Positions 47,328-64,000 of a DNA stretch of 64,000 nt are shown here, piece after piece. Below the pieces are notes generated by a model. The model did not search any database. It was not told where the DNA came from and saw only the letters and a list, made by a program, of their open reading frames with translations. The stretch lies in the NCBI GenBank assembly GCA_030704615.1, contig CM060733.1:75578001-75642000 (forward strand). Direction: 5' to 3'. Made by a program: the position numbers and the translations under genes. Position 1 is the stretch's first letter, and each line of letters begins with the position of its first letter. The DNA is from Takakia lepidozioides (taxonomy: Eukaryota > Plantae > Bryophyta).

Positions 47328-48492
47328 AAGGAAGGCTTGGGGTCGTCTTCTGCAATGCCTCTACTTCTTCAACATGAGACACATTCAAAATGGCCTCTAG
47401 GGTCACTCCCATGCTATCAAGAGAGATCAACACAAAGTCATGGCTGGTATGGGCAGGTAATAAATGGAGTGCTAATGGCAAGGAAAATGCATTGCATCAT
47501 CACGAATCTCTCCAAGCGAACTCTAAAACATGAGCTATCCATGATTCCTCCCTCTCTCTCTGAATCAGTTGTCGTTTCAGAAAGCAGACTTTTAGAAGCC
47601 AACAGAAAACTCATATACATGCTGTACATAAGTCAGAAGGATGGGAGTTTCATTTTATTTCACCAGATTTGCTGTAATGCTAGAGCAAGTTTGAGTTTGA
47701 TAGGCTCCTTGTACCCTTGGAAAGGTAATAAAGGTTAAAATTTCAAATTAAGAAGGGCTATTCAATCCTTTGGAAGGGAAGGGAAAGGAAAGAGGAGAGG
47801 AGAGAGCTCCAGATTTCGCAAAATGGAAAGAGAATATCCTATCCAAAAAGTTTAGATGCTGCATGGGTAACTGACCACAAGCACAAACATATCACTTCGT
47901 GAATTGAAAAGAGGATGAAAGTACCCGGACACTCCAGGAAAAAGATTGGAAGTTTGCATTGAGTACTACTCCCTTCCTTGTCAGCTACTGTCTTGGACCT
48001 TTTGCCTTTCCCACCACACTTCACTCCATTGGTGAGTCAAATATGGAGCTTTGAAAGCGAATGCCGCATGCTTGTGATGGGGTAATTAGGCCACCAGACA
48101 CATGGAAACAGTCAGACATCAACACAGCATGAAATACCTTACAAAAATGGGACGGCAATTGGGAACAGTTATTCAGTGAAGAAATAAAAATCATTATCCG
48201 GCGAATAAAAGTTTCCAATTACATTACCTGCGTTGAAAATATCTACTCCAGGAATTTTATCATGCCAATATCCAATCACAGAAAGATCATACTAAATTCC
48301 TTTACCGCAACTGCTCAGACAGCTTGGCTGGAGGGCAACTGTGGGCTTCACAATGGTTCTACCAAAGATTCCAACTTAGCAAGACAGGAAGCACGATAAG
48401 ACTGCAAGCCGCCAAAGCGAGGACAAGTACTGTCAACTTCTTGCTTCCACCAACAACCCCTTTCACCTTGGCCATGTAATCTACAAAGATTC

Positions 48493-60077
<11,585 letters not shown>

Positions 60078-60309
60078 CCTGTCAAACTGATGTATGGCTT
60101 CGACCCAAGAGCCTTCTTGCTTGCTTCGATTTCCAAATTTTCTGACCTCAAGAGCCCACCTTCTCCAAGTGCAAGAGGCAGAGCTATTCCTCCTGGGAGC
60201 TGCGGAGGCGGCCAGCCATGGCGCTCTCTCCTCTCCCAGGGTTACAATGGCTCACCCCTACCCAATCCTTCCTTACCTCGGGTCAACCACCTGGGTTAAG
60301 CCCATTGAA

Positions 60310-60818
60310 TGTTTACTAACGAAGTTCTAACATCCTTTTGCAAATTTTCGTCCAAAGTACACAGAAAAACTCGATATGTAGCGGAGATTATTGCTAACGG
60401 ATCCACTAGCTACACAACTCCTTGTACAGATGTTTCTGTTAAGTAGCCTTCTCTCCGTTTGTAAGCAGCTCCATGCTGTCTCTCTCTCTCCTTCACACGT
60501 ACAAAATACAAAACCTTGGAGAACGTGTGGTTTAGCCAAGTTTGTGCCATAATATTTCGAAAAAGTATTTGTCACATTGATTGAGGGGGTAGGACTCTGG
60601 AGGGTGTGTGGCATTGTGGCTAAACCATGATCCCTGGTGGCTATTGGGATGTTTGCGAGGCAGGGATGGAAGCTGCAGGTGGTGACTGCAGTGACGATGG
60701 TGGAAGTGGAATGGTGTTGTTTGGGCGTGCTTGATGCGTCAATTGGAAGCCAGCAAGAAAGGGCAGAGCTCAAGATGGTGTGGGGTGGAAGCCCAGCAGG
60801 AGAGTGAGGAGACACGCT
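60310..60818. promoter_or_regulatory. Probable bidirectional promoter/5' UTR region between AlaRS and SPG11
   Basis: The two genes are head-to-head with start codons less than 750 bp apart. Confidence 0.55.
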
Positions 60819-63800
60819 ATGGAGGTCTCACAAGGAGACGAGGACGGGCTTCTTCCGCTGCTCAGGTTGCACAACTGGGCCAATTTTCCACTGCCCATAT
60901 CACTTTTCCAGACAGCGTCGCTATCCCCTTCTCGTAACCGCCTGCTTCTTCTATCCCACAGACATGAAGCGCTGCTTGTTCCTCTTGGACTTCCAAATGC
61001 GCAAGCCTTGGCCCGTCCCTCGGAGCCTTCCCCTTCCCCATTGGGTTCCCCTTCGTATCCATTTTCTTGTGTCAATCCCCTGGCGTCGGGTACTCCTCCT
61101 TCGACTCCCCCCAAATCCTCCAGCCGTCTATCCAATCGACGTGTGGGAGCTGCGGACGAATCATGGTTGGCACCATCCACGACTGGACCACACGCCCGGA
61201 GCTTGTCAACCCCACAGTTCTGGTCCCCGCCTGCTCTCTCAACGCCATATGCCACTCCTCTGACGACGCCCTCGGTTATCTCTCGGCGCAAATTTGCTCA
61301 TATTCGTGGCAATCCTCTTTTTGAACCATTGGCGACCCCATATTTCACTCCTTCTTCAACCCCCTTCTTCACCTTCTCCCCCAGTCCTCCAAGGCAATCT
61401 CCATCAGTCCCCTCTGCCGGACCCAAATTCCCGTCTCCTTTTCCTTTCCTGTCTGACATTGAGTGCTTTTCTTGGGGCTGTTGTGACGATGGATTTGCCG
61501 CGAATAGGGCGGGAGGACCATTCAGGGAGCTCCTTTTAACCGGTGGGAAGGAGGGATTGATAATCCATGCGTTTTGCGTTAAAGAAGGATTGGGGAGTGG
61601 GTTTGAGAGTCCTACTATACGCTCCCCGGGTGTTGAATCAAGGCTGGATTTTGGCGCCAAAAGGACAGAAAGTGGGGGATTGGAGGGGAAACGCCAGGGG
61701 AAGTGGCGGAATTGGGGGGTGACGGAATTTAAACGAAGGCAAGAAGAATGGAGACGCCTGGAAGAGGAAGCTGAGAGGAGAGAGGGCCGGCAGAGGGATT
61801 CCGATGAGGGGAGGAGGCACGAGCAAAGAGGGAAGAGGAAGCTTAGATCTTTGGACGAGAAAATCGTGGAACCAGACACAGAGGGGGATAGGGAGGATGT
61901 CAGAGGCGGTGACGCCAGCACGGGTTTTGAATCCTTTGTGGTGGATGCCAAGCTGGAGGATAGTGGGAATGACATACAACTTCATTTTTCTAGGCATCAT
62001 TCCTGGCCTTCATCTGCAGACGTGGTCTCCTTTCGAATTGCACACGATTCGAATGCATTTTCTCACCTGATTAGGTTTTCACAAGCTGGTAATGGGTGGG
62101 GGGAAGGGGGGAGCCCTTCTGTTAGGGACGAGCCACGGTCTACATTGGGGAGTAATTCAGAGGAGTTGGGGCCTTGTAAGTTGGACAACAGTGGTTCCCC
62201 TGCTTTGAAAGGAACAACTGGAGGAGAACAGGGTTATGAAGTTTCAGGAATTCTGTCGAACCCATCCTCTAATTTGATTGCCCTGGTCCTTGCCAGATGG
62301 TCCTCAGAGCAGAGCCAACAGTTTAAGGGGTCAAGCAAGGAAGGTAAGATTGAAGTGAGTGAAGAAGGCAAGGAAGATGTTGTGCATAGGGCTAAGGAGG
62401 AATGTGGAAGATGGAGGAAGAGTTGGAAAGGAAGTTCAGATCTGTGTGTGGTGATTGCATCGGTATATGACTGGGGCATGAAGTGGATTTCACATATAAA
62501 CTTTGAGTGCACAAGCTCAGGCAAATTGACACATCAAAGCCCTTGGACAGATTTTGAGCTTGCAAATGAAATGTATCTTGGCCTGAAAGAGGAGGGATGT
62601 GTCTATTTGTGGTCGGCACTGAGCGGGCAGTTTGTGGCCTGCATTGATGTGTTGGAGTACTGTGGATTCAAATTTTCAGGTGGACTAGTTGTCCATGACC
62701 GGAGGGATTCCAATAGTGAAGGAATTGAAAATAATGCACAAGGAGAAGTTCGGAGACAAGAAACGATCTCAAAGGTTGATGGGATGACAGACAGGATTAG
62801 TGACATACAAGACAAAAATGTTCAGTCCACAGACTCACCAGTTCTAGAGATGAGGAAAGGGTCTGCATTGCCTGCCAGAGAGATTGATGAATTTGATGAA
62901 GTTCAAGGACAAGACGAGAGTGAGCAAGCTGTGGCAGAGAGGAGCCGCATCTCAGTGTCAAGTGAAGTGAACATTGGAAGTGGGAAACAGGATCGGTTTG
63001 TTCAGGTAGCAGTGACTGCAGATTGCTTGTTGATAGCCATCACTGATGAGCAAGGACTTGTGTATCTTGTCTCTGTGGATGAGTATTTTGCTGCACATCC
63101 CGTCCATTTTCAAATCTCTTCTCCCCCTCAGCCCCGCTCCAGCTGTTGCGACTTAAGGGTTTTGTCCAGCTGGGAGGTGGCTGGGTCAGATATTGTGGGT
63201 GCAAAGCCATGCAGCTTACTGCCTAATCGCCAATGGTTGAACTGGTCTCCTCAAGAGAAAAGCAAAGCTGTGCCTAACAGCACCTTGGAGAGAGAGGTCA
63301 GCATGATGAGTAGGCAGGGATCAAGTCGTACAGCAGAGAGGGAATCCGGACCGGGTCCCCCAACAGGAAGCACAATTGAGCGGTTAGGTCTTGGGGCAAG
63401 TGGCTTCACCTCAAGGGTGAGCCTGGCTCGGCATGGGGTTGCACCCGTGCCCTCCTTTGCAAGCCATTCAAAGCCCTTGCGAAGGGTTTTTCTTCCTATA
63501 AAGCAAAGTGAGTCCTTTGTGGGGATGGCATTGAATGCTTACGGGATCACAAGGGTGGCCGTGTCCACAAAGAATGTGCGAGAATTTATATTGGTGCAGA
63601 ATGGCTTGCGTGTTTCTGGAGGGCCCTTCGATGAGTCTTGGTTGGGTGGCAAAGACCATCCTGCCATTCAACAGTGTGTGAGTAGTCAGAAAACGTATGC
63701 AGGGGAAGTCCTAGCATTTGGCTCTCAAGGATGTCTCTACTTAGTGTCAGCTACTGCTCTCCATGTTGTCCTCCCCCCCCTGCCTGCCTCTACCCCTCTA

Positions 63801-64000
63801 TCTTCTTCTCTGACAGTTGGTCGCGAAGGTCCTTGGTGGCTCACTGGGTCTGGCTCTGACCCCGTGTCGAGCAAGTGGGAGGGTATGTTGCCTCTTCTCA
63901 GCAGCAGACCAGTGACCCAGCACTGGCAGACGGAAGTGCTGGATAGATCTCTTGTTTATGATGGCTTGGAGGAAGCTGAACGATTATGCATAGAAAATGG
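60819..64000 (+). CDS. SPG11: Spatacsin (SPG11, AP-5-associated) N-terminal part, continuing beyond the window
   Basis: Start and end are in the same frame and the ORF track lists no stop-terminated ORF there, implying an open frame. LLRLHNW..ASLSPSRNRLLLLSHRHEALLVPL, WGMKWISHINF..WTDF, LIAITDEQGLVYLV and WQTEVLDRSLVYDGLEEAERLCIENG match recalled plant spatacsin. Confidence 0.85.
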   Translation, partial: MEVSQGDEDGLLPLLRLHNWANFPLPISLFQTASLSPSRNRLLLLSHRHEALLVPLGLPNAQALARPSEPSPSPLGSPSYPFSCVNPLASGTPPSTPPKSSSRLSNRRVGAADESWLAPSTTGPHARSLSTPQFWSPPALSTPYATPLTTPSVISRRKFAHIRGNPLFEPLATPYFTPSSTPFFTFSPSPPRQSPSVPSAGPKFPSPFPFLSDIECFSWGCCDDGFAANRAGGPFRELLLTGGKEGLIIHAFCVKEGLGSGFESPTIRSPGVESRLDFGAKRTESGGLEGKRQGKWRNWGVTEFKRRQEEWRRLEEEAERREGRQRDSDEGRRHEQRGKRKLRSLDEKIVEPDTEGDREDVRGGDASTGFESFVVDAKLEDSGNDIQLHFSRHHSWPSSADVVSFRIAHDSNAFSHLIRFSQAGNGWGEGGSPSVRDEPRSTLGSNSEELGPCKLDNSGSPALKGTTGGEQGYEVSGILSNPSSNLIALVLARWSSEQSQQFKGSSKEGKIEVSEEGKEDVVHRAKEECGRWRKSWKGSSDLCVVIASVYDWGMKWISHINFECTSSGKLTHQSPWTDFELANEMYLGLKEEGCVYLWSALSGQFVACIDVLEYCGFKFSGGLVVHDRRDSNSEGIENNAQGEVRRQETISKVDGMTDRISDIQDKNVQSTDSPVLEMRKGSALPAREIDEFDEVQGQDESEQAVAERSRISVSSEVNIGSGKQDRFVQVAVTADCLLIAITDEQGLVYLVSVDEYFAAHPVHFQISSPPQPRSSCCDLRVLSSWEVAGSDIVGAKPCSLLPNRQWLNWSPQEKSKAVPNSTLEREVSMMSRQGSSRTAERESGPGPPTGSTIERLGLGASGFTSRVSLARHGVAPVPSFASHSKPLRRVFLPIKQSESFVGMALNAYGITRVAVSTKNVREFILVQNGLRVSGGPFDESWLGGKDHPAIQQCVSSQKTYAGEVLAFGSQGCLYLVSATALHVVLPPLPASTPLSSSLTVGREGPWWLTGSGSDPVSSKWEGMLPLLSSRPVTQHWQTEVLDRSLVYDGLEEAERLCIEN

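Noticed and set aside
60770-62815. Minus-strand ORFs (60770..61291, 61298..61975 and others) as genes
   Set aside because: They are antisense shadows of the SPG11 exon.

Overview
Nuclear DNA of a land plant (spliceosomal introns, PLS-type PPR fragments, TTTAGGG remnants; species not determinable). About 1-41 kb is a nested transposon cluster: a degenerate CACTA/En-Spm transposase, Ty1/copia and Ty3/gypsy remnants, two L1-type LINE pieces, LTR-like fragments, two ~50-bp-period palindromic arrays, a dispersed ~560-bp repeat, captured host-gene fragments (PPR, plastid glucose transporter-like exons, two FCP1/NIF phosphatase-like copies) and several orphan ORFs. About 42-64 kb holds three apparently intact genes: an 8-exon tandem-USP gene (+, 42006-47327, with an antisense non-LTR retrotransposon in intron 4), a 23-exon alanyl-tRNA synthetase (-, 60077-48493) and the 5' part of spatacsin/SPG11 (+, from 60819). 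The best candidates for something undescribed are TE-borne pairings of a motif array with an accessory protein: (i) a divergent pair of orphan paralogs beside a phased palindrome array at 1-2364, and (ii) an element saturated with CAGACT/AGTCYG that hides a frameshifted C2HC zinc-finger/NLS ORF at 18.5-24.6 kb. Both are hypotheses. All family assignments come from recalled motifs; no database search was run.
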